Assembly (NCBI GenBank): GCA_965603825.1
Contig: CBFDEM010000014.1
Coordinates: 248,001-312,000, forward strand
Length of the DNA stretch: 64,000 nt
Reading direction: 5' to 3'
DNA from: Blepharisma stoltei ATCC 30299
Taxonomy: Eukaryota; Protista; Ciliophora
Below, piece by piece: positions 1 through 11,900 of the stretch. Position 1 is the stretch's first letter, and every line of letters begins with the position of its first letter. The notes under the pieces were generated by a model. It searched no databases and was not told the origin of the DNA. It saw nothing but the letters and a program-made list of their open reading frames with translations. A program made the translations under genes and the position numbers.

Positions 1-1741
1 TTTTTTTAGAATACCTTGTAAAAGGACTGACATAGTGATTTGGGCTTGATGGACTATCAGCATTGGATACTCTTGTATCAACTCTTCTATGTATGTGGTA
101 GATTGATCTATCCACAGGAGACTCCTCAGTTTTTACTCTTTCTGGATTTGGTGTTGATTCAATTCTGCTATGTTTAGGAGATATTGTTATACTGCCCTGC
201 TGATTTGTAGATCCAGGACTCATCTCTCTTGATTTATCGCCAATATTAGTACCAGATTCTCTTATCTTTTCAATTCCTGGGTCTTTTTTTTCTTTTATGA
301 GGAATTTTGCAGGTATTTTACTTAAAGATGAAAAATCCAATGATTTTTTAGCTTCTTCAATTCTTGTCAGCTGGGTTACTCTATGTTTAAAATATTCATT
401 GTTGGCATTATGCTTGTCTCTTATTTGTGCCCATGTATCAGGGTACGCAATTCCTGTATTCAAGTTCTAATTATAGCTTACATCTCTACTGATACATAGC
501 AATTCTCCTTCATCAGACCAGCATTGGCACGAATGAATTCTTTTTTCATGATTTTCAAGCGCTTCTTCCATCCCTATCATTTCGTTTTTTCCTTTAATAA
601 CAAGCTGCAATTGCTTTTGCACCTCAATTTTTCTCATTTTTCCCAGCCTCAGCACAGTCCCGTTGCTACTCAATCGACTCCTTTTAGTATCTAGGCACGA
701 GGTATCAACAACCCCTTTCTTTTCACTATGGAGTTTTGTAATCTAAATAATTTTTACCTTAAATTCCCCTGACTTTACAAAATATACAGTATTAGCAGGT
801 TCTCCTTCTTTATATACATACTGGTGTTTTTTGAACGAAATTCGTTTAAAATAATACCCTAACTTATAGAGCGCAATTTTTGTTCAATTTGAAAAAATTG
901 GCAAAGCTTGGAGAAATTCGACTTTTTCATTTAGCCTTTTTTCGGAAATAATCCCAAGAATTTTTTTAAAATTTGGCTTGGTTATGACTCCTAATAAAAT
1001 CTTTTCTTCTGTTATAAGGGTAGCAGCTCTTGGTCTATCACTTATAAGTGCTAATTCTCCAAAGCTTCCGCCTTCAGAGATTATGGAAACCTTTGTTAAT
1101 TCCTCTGTTTCAATTTCTACAACTCTTGTTTCTGGAGACTGTTTTGATAAGAAATCGAGAATGACAGACTTTTCTTCATCGATTTTGTCTTTAAATAAAT
1201 CATTCATTCTTAGTAGTTCGTTTGATTGAGGATTATCAAGTTCTTCATTCTTTTTTACGAATTTTTCTTGTATAGAAGCATTAAGGGAAAATAGGTCAAC
1301 CGCATTCATAACTCTAGCTCCTCGTCTTCTTTTTTTCCGAGGATCAAATTTTATTTCAGCTATTTCATCATCACTTGATGAAGAACTAGATGCTCCAGTT
1401 ATCATTTTTTGCAATTTTTCAGGTACCACATTGCTCAGATTTAATGTGACCTTTTTCTTTGTAGGGATATTAACGGACGCGGAGCCTTTTAGTATGATAT
1501 AAAAATTTGATCCAATTTCCCCAAAATTTACAATTACATCGCCCGGGTTATGTTCTTCCAGAGTCATTACTTGGCAACAAGCTTTATGAATTTCAGACGA
1601 CTTTTGCTCTTCAGTTATCTTTTTAAAAAATTCTGTTTTTGCTGTAAGATTCATAAGATAATTAATATCATCATTGCTGCGGAGTCTAGAAGGAATTTGC
1701 AATATTTGAATTATTCGCGATGTATCATAAGAGGTAGACAT
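1..1741 (-). CDS. Cyclic-nucleotide-binding domain protein with two CNB domains; 3' end runs off the window; 1 UGA-Trp, 2 introns
   Basis: Start MSTSYDTSR at 1741. CNB motifs GEIGSNFYIILKG and GSFGELALISDRPRAAT. TGA 884-886 reads FSNWTK into a second CNB (YVYKEGEPANTVYFVKSGEFK). Removing 15-nt introns 743-757 and 467-481 keeps the frame open to position 1. Confidence 0.85.
467..481 (-). other. 15-nt spliceosomal intron GTAAGCTATAATTAG
   Basis: GT..AG with A at +10; its TAG is in frame and removal restores the ORF. Confidence 0.85.
743..757 (-). other. 15-nt spliceosomal intron GTAAAAATTATTTAG
   Basis: GT..AG with A at +10; removal joins GEFK to ITKLHSE in frame. Confidence 0.85.
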
Positions 1742-2161
1742 ACGTGAATTGTATTTATTATATTTTATAATATTTCGACCATATGAATCATCAAAATATG
1801 CAAATGCATAGGTAATATTTTTGCTATTTCTAGCAAGTCTGGATTTTGACAAATTTACCAATAATTCTCCAAATGAATTATAAATAAATTGAATAAAAAA
1901 TAAATTCTGGTCGAGCTTATGACACATTTTAATGTTAGTTAGGTATATTTAGTGATATATATTATCCTTTGGATTGTTTATATTATATTGATTTCAAATA
2001 AAAGCTATTTTAGTTTCTAGCGCCATATATGAGAAGGCGAATCAAGCTTAAATATTTTTACGACTTAAGCGCGGGATATTTGCTAATGCAATTGACTATA
2101 GTCATAGCTAAAAACATTAATGAAAATAATTTCTTAATTAAATTTTGAATTTAGCTGTTAA

Positions 2162-2761
2162 ATGGGTTGCTTCTGCCCAACAAAAGTTAATGTGACTCAG
2201 CCCATTCAAAATCCTTCAAACATAATTCCTCTTCCACCAAATCCTTTGCAAGCAAGCCGTCCTCCATTACCACGACCTTACCCTCCAATACCAAAACCTC
2301 ATATAGCAGTATCAAAAATAAAACTAGAATCACGATTCACTGTTGATGATATTAAAACTCTTGATAATACTCCAGCAAGCACCCAGAAGCAATCTTTTCC
2401 TTACAATTGTCCTATTTGCTTCAAATTCTTATCAGTAATTCTCGTCACAAAATGCTGCAAGAACTATATTTGCCATTACTGCATCAATGAGCTGCAAAAC
2501 AAGCATGTAAATTTTGAAATTGCATGTCCTCATTGTAAAGCCCAGCCACTCTGTGTTACTGATGTAGATCCTGGCTCAGCGATCAAAAAATATTCAGACT
2601 CCCCTTATATTAGTTCATTCAATGCGGAATCAAAAACTAATAAATGAGTCGCAGATATGGAAATTGTCGAAGAAGATAAAGAAGATATAGATCTCCATCC
2701 AGAAAGTTTTATTGTAACAGAAGATAAACAAATTTCTAATGTAATGTATTCTACTGCTTAA
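2162..2761 (+). CDS. RING-finger protein with predicted N-acylated N-terminus (199 aa; 1 UGA-Trp)
   Basis: CPIC..CCKNYICHYC..CPHC RING pattern and MGCFC N-terminus; TGA 2645-2647 read through to TAA 2759-2761. Confidence 0.8.
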
Positions 2762-2883
2762 AATTAATTATAAAAGAATAAACTTCTTATTTAAAATCAA
2801 TTGTGAATGGTGATTAAATTAATTTTACCATCAAAAAATCTTAAAAAGAGGCAATTGAAATAAATTAAATAGGGCTCAACTTC

Positions 2884-3288
2884 ATGTCAAGACCTAAATG
2901 TATACAATATATAGTTACTAAAATCGATGAAATGATACCAGGTACTCGCATCAATTGCATTTGCAAGATAATCAGAGGAATAATGAGCGCTTCTACAGTG
3001 CGGAGTGACGGAACAAAAGTATCTTTTGCAGAAGTTGAGGTCGGAGATGAAAGCGGCGCTATAAGACTTAGACTATTCAACAGTAAACTTTATCTAGATC
3101 AGTGCGATCTGGCCAAAGAAAATCAAAGCATCATTATAAGGGATGGAATTGTTGCAATCACAGGAGATTTATTAAGAATTGAAATAGATAACTACAGCAC
3201 TATTGAAGCATCACCAGTATCAGCTATATAGATTTCCTACACAAAACAAATCAACACAATCAATCTCCGTGTAAATTCAAAAATATAA
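2884..3288 (+). CDS. Small single OB-fold nucleic-acid-binding protein; 2 introns
   Basis: EVEVGDESGAIRLRL matches the GDETG OB-fold motif; introns 3083-3097 and 3217-3231; stop TAA 3286-3288. Confidence 0.75.
3083..3097 (+). other. Probable 15-nt intron GTAAACTTTATCTAG (frame-preserving, no stop)
   Basis: Matches the intron consensus; removal gives LFNNQCDL, which fits the recalled spacing of the family motif (ARNEQVDL-like). Confidence 0.65.
3217..3231 (+). other. 15-nt intron GTATCAGCTATATAG
   Basis: Consensus GTA..A10..TAG; removal extends the ORF by 18 aa. Confidence 0.7.
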
Positions 3289-3328
3289 TGAAATTGATAG
3301 ATGATTATACGAATTAAATTACTCTCAA

Positions 3329-4243
3329 TTAACTCCCAGATGCATCAATATCTTCTTTAATTTCTGAAGAACCAATATCTTCTTTTTTCAATGTTTGCTG
3401 TTTAATTAAACCTTCTTGAATTTCTTCAGCCTTTGCTTCTTCTTTTTTTAGAGTTGGCTGCTTTGTTAGAGATTCTTTATTTTCTTCAATACCATCTTTT
3501 TGTTCTGGTTCTCTTATAGTTGGTTTTCTACTGCTGGGCTGGGATTTTTTCTCTTCACTGGCTCCGTCTTCTTTTATAGTTTGTTTTCTGCTTTCTGGCT
3601 GAATTTTATTGTCTTCAACAATTTCTGTTTCTGGCTTGTTTTCTTTAATAGTCGGCTTTTTAACAGGCATTTCTTTTTTCTCTTCAATAGTCGGCTTTTT
3701 TTTGACGATTTCTGGCTTTTGTGAATTTTTACTCTCTTCTTTTCTATTGACTGGGCTTTGTTCACTTGATTTTGCTTTTTCAGGCTTTATCGCATCTATT
3801 TGTTTTCTATCGCTGCTATTCGCGTTTTCACTTTTATCAGCATCGCTTTTCCTGTATTTTTGAAGCATTTGCTTTAATTCTTCGCTGCTCAGGGGTTTTA
3901 CTTCTTTTTTATCAAATGTTTTTTTGCCTGCTCCTACAGTTTTGGGGGAAACAGACTTGATGTTTTTGACTGATTTTACATTATTTTCTTCAGCCTGGAA
4001 CTGATCACTATTCAGAAGATAAGGCTTCGATCTTTTTGTGTCTGCAAATTGACTTGTGACTGCTTTCTCAACAATAAGGCCGTTTTTCGTAATCAGTCCA
4101 TGCTTTCACAACAGTTTTCTGCGCTTTTTTGAAGCGAAGAAGCCTGCAAGATTTCCATCTCGCAGTCCGTTGTACTCTGACATTTTGCTTGTCGTTGATG
4201 CACAATCTAGCACAAAAACAGGCTTACTTTTTGAACTTTTCAT
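3329..4243 (-). CDS. ERICH3-like protein: conserved N-terminal motif plus Lys/Glu-rich tail (304 aa; 1 UGA-Trp)
   Basis: EYNGLRDGNLAGFFASKKRRKLLWKHGLITKNG resembles the ERICH3 N-terminus (YNSLTDKHLAGYF..RRHLLRSGLITRSG); TGA 4106-4108. Confidence 0.65.
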
Positions 4244-4289
4244 ATTTTATAACACCTGAGCCATTTATCGAAAATTTGAAATTTAATAG

Positions 4290-4958
4290 CTAATTGGTTG
4301 AGGTTATTATGATTGGGATCGTGATATAAAGGATGACTGCTATGACAACAAAAATCAAAATACAGTTGATTTTTACCTTTCTCCAATACATCATTCTTTC
4401 TAATCTTTTCGAGTCGTTTTGGAAAACCCTCGCATTCCCTTCCAAGCTTTGAGCTTTTGCTGCTACCACTTCGGCAGCTTCAGTGTTCCTTAAAACTTGT
4501 TGAATTCCTGCTTGAGCAAGATTTTGGACTTCCAAAACTTGCGAATTTACGCTGTGAATGCGATCAATGCTGCGGAGATCCTCATATTTCATAGCAAGGT
4601 TTTTCATTTCGCCTGCCATAACTTTGGTATATGCATCAGCAGGGCATGTTTGCAAGACTTCTGAGCCTTGATTTGTAAACATGCGTTCCAGTTCGTCAAG
4701 AAGAGCGGTGGCGTAACGATCTGGGTATCCATTGCGAGCTAAAATTAAGTAGCAGATTCTGTTTGCGTCGCCTTTCGCAAACCAAGTTCCGAATTCTGAA
4801 CCGACTCTTGTGCGCCATTCGCCATCTGATTCGTTCATAAGAATTCCTTGAAGCTCTTTGCGTGGGGTATCTCTGAGGTTTCTGTCATTTGCATAGGTTG
4901 CTATTATAAGTCCTTCGCCGGATCGACCGACACCGATATACTTTATATTTGATTCCAT
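4290..4958 (-). CDS. VAMP7: Longin R-SNARE (VAMP7-like)
   Basis: N-terminal longin domain, synaptobrevin motif with a zero-layer Arg region (QVLRNTE), YWRK juxtamembrane segment, C-terminal TM. Confidence 0.8.
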   Translation of the reverse strand: MESNIKYIGVGRSGEGLIIATYANDRNLRDTPRKELQGILMNESDGEWRTRVGSEFGTWFAKGDANRICYLILARNGYPDRYATALLDELERMFTNQGSEVLQTCPADAYTKVMAGEMKNLAMKYEDLRSIDRIHSVNSQVLEVQNLAQAGIQQVLRNTEAAEVVAAKAQSLEGNARVFQNDSKRLERMMYWRKVKINCILIFVVIAVILYITIPIIITSTN

Positions 4959-5364
4959 TTTAAAATTATTTTGGCTTGATATAAAATGAATAGATTTGAG
5001 GACACTTGATTTAAGCAGCGCAAATCAAATGGTGATTGTTATAGTTGTTAATAGTGAAATTGAAAGATCAAAAAATTTTAATGAATATAGGAAAGCATTG
5101 GATTTATTGATTTAAAAATAGTTTTAAACTAAGCTTGATTAGTCATTTTAAAATATTTGATTTTATTATAGATAATTCTGATCTATAATATTTCCTGATT
5201 TTTATGCAAGTAAAAGTTACTGGTTTTCATTTTTAAGCCAGAAAACAATTTTTATTGCAAAAGAAGCGAATCATTAGAAAATTTTGCTTAAAGTTAGCTT
5301 TTGTTGTTAATTTTCTTAATTTAGATCCCAGAATATGAAATAATAAAATCCTCCTATTAAAGAT

Positions 5365-6498
5365 ATGGCCGAGGACAAAACGTTCATCTATGCTTTTATG
5401 GGCAGCTATATGCTATTTGGAGCTGGAGTGACAGTTATCATCAAAAGCATGGATGTTCTTGACTTTTCGCACCCTTACTTTCAAGTTACAACCTTATTTA
5501 TCGGAGAATTTTCTTGTCTTTTTGTCTACTTATTACATAAACAGTACATAAAATCGCGTTCTAAATTAGGAAAATATAAAGTATTGTCCTCAGGAAAGCC
5601 ATCAATACCTCAAGAAGGGATTTTTAAAAAATACGGTGCAAATTTATTTGGAATCCCAGCATTTCTCTATCTAATTTCAGGGTCTCTTATGTATTTAGGC
5701 CTAATTTTATCAGCTGCATCAGTTTACCAGATGATTAGAGGCTTAATTCCTATTGTAGTCGCTTTTTATTCAGTAATTTTTTTGAGAAGAAAATTATTTA
5801 AGCATCAAATGATAGGGATTGGATTAATATTAGTAGGGGTTATAATAGTAGGAATCTCAAGCTTATTATTTCAAGCATGAACAGCACGTCATCCTTTGAT
5901 TGGAGTGATTGTTTTGGTTATAAGCCAGCTATTTACAGGAGGAGTTTTAATTTGCGAAGAATTCTTAATGTGAAAACTTGACATAAACCCAATGCAAGCA
6001 ACTGGGGTAGAAGGGATGTGAGGATTTGGGTATTCGCTTATCTTTTTACCTATTATATACTTTATACCATGTGATCACAGCTCTGCATGCTCAAGAGGCA
6101 GAGTTGAAGACTCTATCTACGCTTTTCAGCAAATTGGAGATAGTCTTTCAATCCTGCTTTTATGACTAGGATCTATATTCAGCATTGCTATTGTCTACTG
6201 GACTGGCATAGCAACCACCAAATATACAAGCGCTTTAGCCAGGTCCACCATTGATACTTGTAGAACAATCTTTGTCTGAGTCTTCAGCATATTAATTGGC
6301 TGGGAAGACTTCGTGTGGATGCAGCTTGTAGGGTTCCTGCTGATTATTGGAGGTACAATAGTGTTCAATGAAATTATAATAATTCCTTTCTTCGGGCTTA
6401 AAGAGTCAGTTCAAAAACGACGCGAAGGAGTTTTGGTGCAATCTAAAGAAGAAGAAGATCGATCACCAAATAATAACGTTGGTGATATGGGTGTCTAA
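5365..6498 (+). CDS. SLC35F6-like drug/metabolite (nucleotide-sugar) transporter (377 aa; 5 UGA-Trp)
   Basis: Motifs ASVYQMIRG, GVEGMWG and RSTIDTCRTIFVWVFSILIGWE. TGA at 5878, 5971, 6019, 6163 and 6277, the last at the family-conserved W. Confidence 0.85.
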
Positions 6499-6551
6499 TT
6501 ATACTGAAATATCAATTAAAATAGCTTATATCTGTATATAGTTTATATAAA

Positions 6552-6950
6552 ATGGTTGACAACCTCCTTTCAGTATCAACTGTAACAACGCAATCGCCAC
6601 CAACCTTGGTTTGTCCACAGCCACAGAGACCTGAATCAAAATACCTTTTCACCAAAGAAATTTCATGCTTAGCCTTTGGATTTGGGGATGAGCCAAATCC
6701 TAATCAAGATACAGTGCATTTATTGGAATGCTATATGATTGAATATGTAAGAGATCTTCTCAGCAAAGCTTCTAATAGAGCTCAAAGAAGAGGAGGGAAA
6801 TTGGAACTAAATGATATTATGCATTACCTAAGGGATCATCCAAAACAGTATAACAGAGTTAAAATGATTATGAAGCACAAAAAAGCGACAGAAACCACCA
6901 GCAAATTGTGGGAGGAAGAAGAGCCTGGAAAGAAGAAGAAGAAATTATAA
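6552..6950 (+). CDS. TAF13: TFIID subunit 13 (histone fold)
   Basis: LFTKEISCLAFGFGDEPNPNQDTVHLLE..DIMHYLRDHPKQYNRVK matches the TAF13/Spt3 signature. Confidence 0.88.
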   Translation: MVDNLLSVSTVTTQSPPTLVCPQPQRPESKYLFTKEISCLAFGFGDEPNPNQDTVHLLECYMIEYVRDLLSKASNRAQRRGGKLELNDIMHYLRDHPKQYNRVKMIMKHKKATETTSKLWEEEEPGKKKKKL

Positions 6951-6976
6951 TGATAAAATTTTGAAAAAATTAAAAG

Positions 6977-8863
6977 TTAAGTACATTTAACGCTTTTCTT
7001 TTTCTCATCAGCTTGGAGCTTTTTCTTGACAGGAGCGAAGTTCTTTTCTTTCATAGGATAAACGCGGGAAGGTTTTACAACTTGGCGACTTTGGGGGGTC
7101 TGTTTCTTATTTAGGTCTTTTTTGCTGTCTTCTTTTTTGCTGGAAGTTGTGCTTAGAAGGTCAGGGGTTTTGGTTTCGCGGGTCGGTTTGTTTTCTTGTT
7201 CTTTAGTCGGAGTTTGTCTTTCTGAGACTGACTCTCCAGAGAGATTAATTGATGTCACCCTCTTATGATAATTTCTCATCGGGCTTACCGAAGATTCATT
7301 TGTATTTACCATGCTTACTTGCCGCTTTCTAAAAGTAGGCTCTCGATCATTATTTTTTGAGTAATTTTTTAAAAATTCGTCTAAAATCATATATCCACCG
7401 CCAACCCTACAAATAATGCAGTCATTTTTTATCATGATGTTGAATTTTTCCCCGTCAAATAAATAAAGTCCTGGGGTTACTTTTAAGAACTTGTTCTCAA
7501 TTCCATGAGAATTGTGGTAGTTGTCTAATAATCTGTCTAAATCATCATATTCTATGATATCTTCTTTAGTATTTGATTTCGCGTTTATATTGAGATCTAA
7601 GTGCTTTTTATCATTTTTTAAAAAATGCAAAGATTCGTGAAGCTCATTGACTTCTATGGAATGAGCGAATTTCAGCTGGCTTATACTGTCTTTAAGCTCT
7701 TTATTTTCTTCTTCATAAAGCAAAAGCTTCTCTTGAAGCACCTGAAGATTTCGGAAGCCATCATCAGTCATATTTAAATTTTCATTTTCAGAACAGTAGC
7801 TTTTACTTCTGTAAAATTCTTGCTTTGAATTTATGTTTTGGGAACTGCTTAGGCTGTCTTCTAATTTTGAGGAAGAAAGCATAGTTTCCAATTGTTTGCT
7901 CAATTCAGAAACCTCTTTTTGCAATTCATCTCTCTTTTGCTCTGACTCAGTTAAAAAATCGGTCACAAGATTTAATTTCTCGTTTAATAGCTGGATTTGC
8001 TGAGCTGGTTCTTCTAAGTTTGATCGAGAAATTTGATTTTTCATTTTGGAAATTTCTTTATCCTTTATTAAAAGCTCATTTTTAAGTTTCGTTATTATTG
8101 TATCTGAGTCAGATAATTTTAGCCTCAAATCACAAATTTCTGTAATGTAAAGGTTTTCCTTTTCCTCACATTCTATTACAAAGCTGTCTCATTTATCTTT
8201 TTCAACGCTAAGCCTCTTTTCCAAATGAATCCTTTGTTTTTTTTCTATTTCCATAATTTCTCTTATTTTTTCTTTTTGTGAAGCCAAATCTTCTTTGATG
8301 GCACTATTTGCATCATGCAGGAGTACATGCCTTTCTGTCTCAACATAATCAATATTTTCTTCAAAGCCATACATTTCGTTTTCTTTATTAAAGTTTCAGT
8401 TCTCATCATCCAGCTTTTTCTCTAAGTCAACCAATTTACCTTGCAAGCTTCTAAACTTCTCAATAAACACATTTTGGTATGATTTTTCTTCTCTAGCTTC
8501 ATTTGAAACCGCAAATGATTTTATTGATAACAAAATTTTTGGTGGCAAAACTTCATCTGGGACTTGCAAAAGTGATTCTTCAGAAAGTTTCGAATTAAGC
8601 GGCAGCCATTGTAGCCCTTCTGTAGGCAATATTTGAATTGGTAAAAAAACGCTTCCTACGACTTCATCGCTATTTCCCATCCCTTTGATAATTAATCGCA
8701 AATCTCCTTTCATTGGCAAAATTGAGGTTTCTTTTGAATGAGAATTAAGAGGAGTGATCACATCCACTAGCCTGTCATCAACTGTAATATAACACCCAAC
8801 TGAAGATAATTCTTCAGTTATTCCTTCTGTTCTTATAACTGACAGCTCGATATTCCCTGCCAT
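6977..8863 (-). CDS. C2-like + coiled-coil + GAS2/GAR-domain protein (628 aa; 2 UGA-Trp)
   Basis: Three track ORFs lie in one frame, joined by TGA 8396 and 8189. GAR motif PGLYLF..IICRVGGGYMILDEFL; N-terminal VVGSVFLP..QWLPL is C2-like. Confidence 0.75.
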
Positions 8864-8933
8864 AGTCTGTTTGAATTTAAAATTCTTAAATAATCATCAA
8901 TTGATAAAGGAGGATTTAATTAGTTATATTAAT

Positions 8934-11900
8934 TTATGAGTTTCTTGAGCTGTGAGGCCTTGATTGCGGACTTGTAAAAGTTGGGAATTGGACTCTGGGG
9001 GAGATTTCTGTGCCTAAGTTTGTAGGGGTAGATTTTCCACTGAAAGTATTAAATCTTGAAAAATCTTCATAAGAAATATTAGTGCTTAAAGAAATTTCTG
9101 GTGGCTTTTTTGGAATCAATTTTGTGCGGGGCGCTTTTAGCTTTTCGTTTTCTTTTTTTAAACTGTCTTGCCTTTTCAAAACGTGGGTTAACTGATGCTG
9201 CGCATCAGTTTGATTAGAAATAATTGAGTCTTTTTCAAGGGCCCATTTAGCTCTTTCTTTTTCATGCAAAATAAACTGCTGAGCTTTATGCGATTCCAAA
9301 TCTTTTATCTTCTTTTCATATTCAGCCATTTTGTTCCTCCATTCGTCTCGTTCTTTTGTAAATTTATCCATTAACTGAACAAGAGCATCTTGGCTTCCTT
9401 CTCTTTCCTGCCTAATTTCATTTTCTAGCACTCGAACTGCTTCTTGGGATTGAATTATTTTTCTATCGCAAGAACTGATAACTGCAGCTTTTTCACGTCT
9501 TTCTTTTTCTAATTCTTCTGCAAGTTCTTGGATTTTTCTTTCACTTTGCTTATATTTATCGTTGATTTGTTTAAACTGAGACTCATTTTTGTTGATAATT
9601 TCAGAGTTTTGTATATTAAATTTTGATTCCATTGCAGAAATCATAGAATTCGTTTTGATTTCAAATTTTTCTTTTTCAGCTGCAGATTTTGATTTAATTT
9701 CTTCTATTACAATCTCGAATTTTTCTTGGCTTGAGGCTAGCTCTTTTCTTGCTTGATCTCTCTGCTGAAGGAGAAAATTAAATTTATTTTCCCAAAGGTT
9801 TTTATCCCGATCATAAGAAATTTGTCTGGATGCCAACTCTCTATCAAGTTTAGATATTTGGGCTCTTAAGCTGTCTGCTTCGCTGCTGCTAAAAGATTTT
9901 TCTGGTTTTAATTTCTCTGGCGATTTATTTTGGAGGATATCCAGGCATTGCTTTTCTAAATCAGTATATTTTTTATCCAATTCTGAAATTTTTTCTTCGA
10001 AAATTTCTTTTTCTTTTTCATACTGGGCATTTTGTTTTGCTGCAGAGGAAGAAAGCTGCTTATAAGCCTTTTTATTTTCTGATAATTTATGTTGAAGAGT
10101 TTCATTTTCTTTAAAAAGTCTTTGAGTAATTATGTCTGATTGAGAGCCAGCTTCTTCTTTAAGCAGCAATATCGAGTCTTTATACCGAGACTCGCTTTCT
10201 TCCAGCTGAATCTCAATTTCTGAAAGCTTTTTCTGTAGCAGTTCTATTTCATTAGTATAAAGTGCAAGCTCCCTTTTCGCTTTACTATTGGCTTTGGCTA
10301 GCTCTAATAGCACCTCATCTTTTTCAGTTTTTATTTTAGATAGTTGGTCAAGTAAACTATTTTTATCATTGAAATATTTTTCATTTAGCTCTTCAAAATC
10401 CTTTCCTCTTGTCGTCAATTGTCTATCAACTTGCTCTTTTGCATGCCTCAGTAATATCAAATTTTTATCTTTTTCTGCAATATCTGCAGCCATGGTTTCC
10501 AGCTTGTTAAATAAAGCTTGTCTTTGTTGATTAAAGCTCTCCTGATGAGATTCAAGAGCATTTGAATGAGAATCATAAGTAGAATCAAGCTGCGTTTTCA
10601 AATTTGTTATATGCTTTTCTAAACTATCGATTTTTTGGCTATCCAGTTCTATTTTTTCATTTAATTTTGTGATCTCTTCTGTGTAAAATCCTTCCATTTC
10701 TCTAAATTCATTATGAAGTGAGTGAATTTCTTCCTCATGATTTATCGTTTCTGTTTCCAGTCTTTTTTCATAGTCTTCACTGATATCGTTTATATGTCTT
10801 TCTGTTTTTGATTTTTCTTGTTGAATTCTTTGGTCAAAACGATTTTTTTCTTGCTCATAAAAGCTCTTAAGCTGGAGAAGGGTAGCTTCATGCTGGGATT
10901 TAAGAATTTCTATTTCATCATAATAGGATGATTTTAGGTGATCCATTTCTTTTTCTACATCAATAGAGCTAAGTCTTTTGTGGGAGTAATCATTTTGTAT
11001 ACTTCTCCTAGATAGCTCTGTCTGCAATTTGGATTTTTCTGAAGAAAGCTCATCAATTTGTTCTTTCAAAAGATGTTCTTTTTGCATTCAGTCATTTCGC
11101 TCCAATTTTATTTTAGACTCTAGAGTATTGTTTATGTCCATTAATTCTTCAAGTTTTGTGTTCATTTGTAATTTTAATGTTTCATTTTCTTTTCATAGAT
11201 TTAAAATCTTTTGTGATTGGTCAGCATGTAATTCATCTGGATATGAGCTGTTTTCATTAGCTTTATCAATTTCTAGTGCTGAAACCATGCTTTCATAGTA
11301 TTTTTTGTCTTCATCTCTTTTACTTTTCTCCTCTTCAAGTTCTTGTTCTAAGAATTCAATTTTTTGTACTAAAATTGCATTATCTTGTGCCCAAATCGAC
11401 ATATCACTTCTTTGCAGTTCTTCACTTCCTCTTAGCTTCTTTTCAGTTTCATCAAGTCTCGCTCTTAGCCTTGCCGTTGATTTCAGATTTTCTATCCTTT
11501 GTTCTTCCAATTTCTCTTTAAATTCATTTTCAGTCTCTTTTAGGCTCTTACTGACATTTTCATTATGATTTTGCAGTTCCTTTATTATTTTTGCATTCTG
11601 TGATTGATTTTCAGTAAGCTTAAATTGTAAATCCTCAACTGTTCTTTCTTTATTATCAAGCTCAGCTTCTAAATCACTAACTTCTTTCAGTTGCCCATCT
11701 AGTTTTTCTTGAAATTTCGTAATTTGTGAGTCAAATTTAGCTTGCATTATCTTTAATACTTGATTATGATCATTTCTAGCTTCTTTAATTTTTTCAGATG
11801 ATGCTTTATCTCTCAACTTGTAGTCTTCAAGTGAGCTTTCTAAAAATGATATTTTTTGAGACAAAAGCGCTTTTTCTTCCTCAAGTTCTGCTATTTTCCT

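Noticed and set aside
857-863. CCCTAAC telomere-like heptamer
   Set aside because: Single copy inside coding sequence; no tandem telomeric repeats in the window
1742-1927. N-terminal extensions of track ORFs (also 13695-13751, 34700-34819, 44398-44469)
   Set aside because: They run through AT-rich intergenic-like DNA or use non-ATG starts; downstream ATGs fit better
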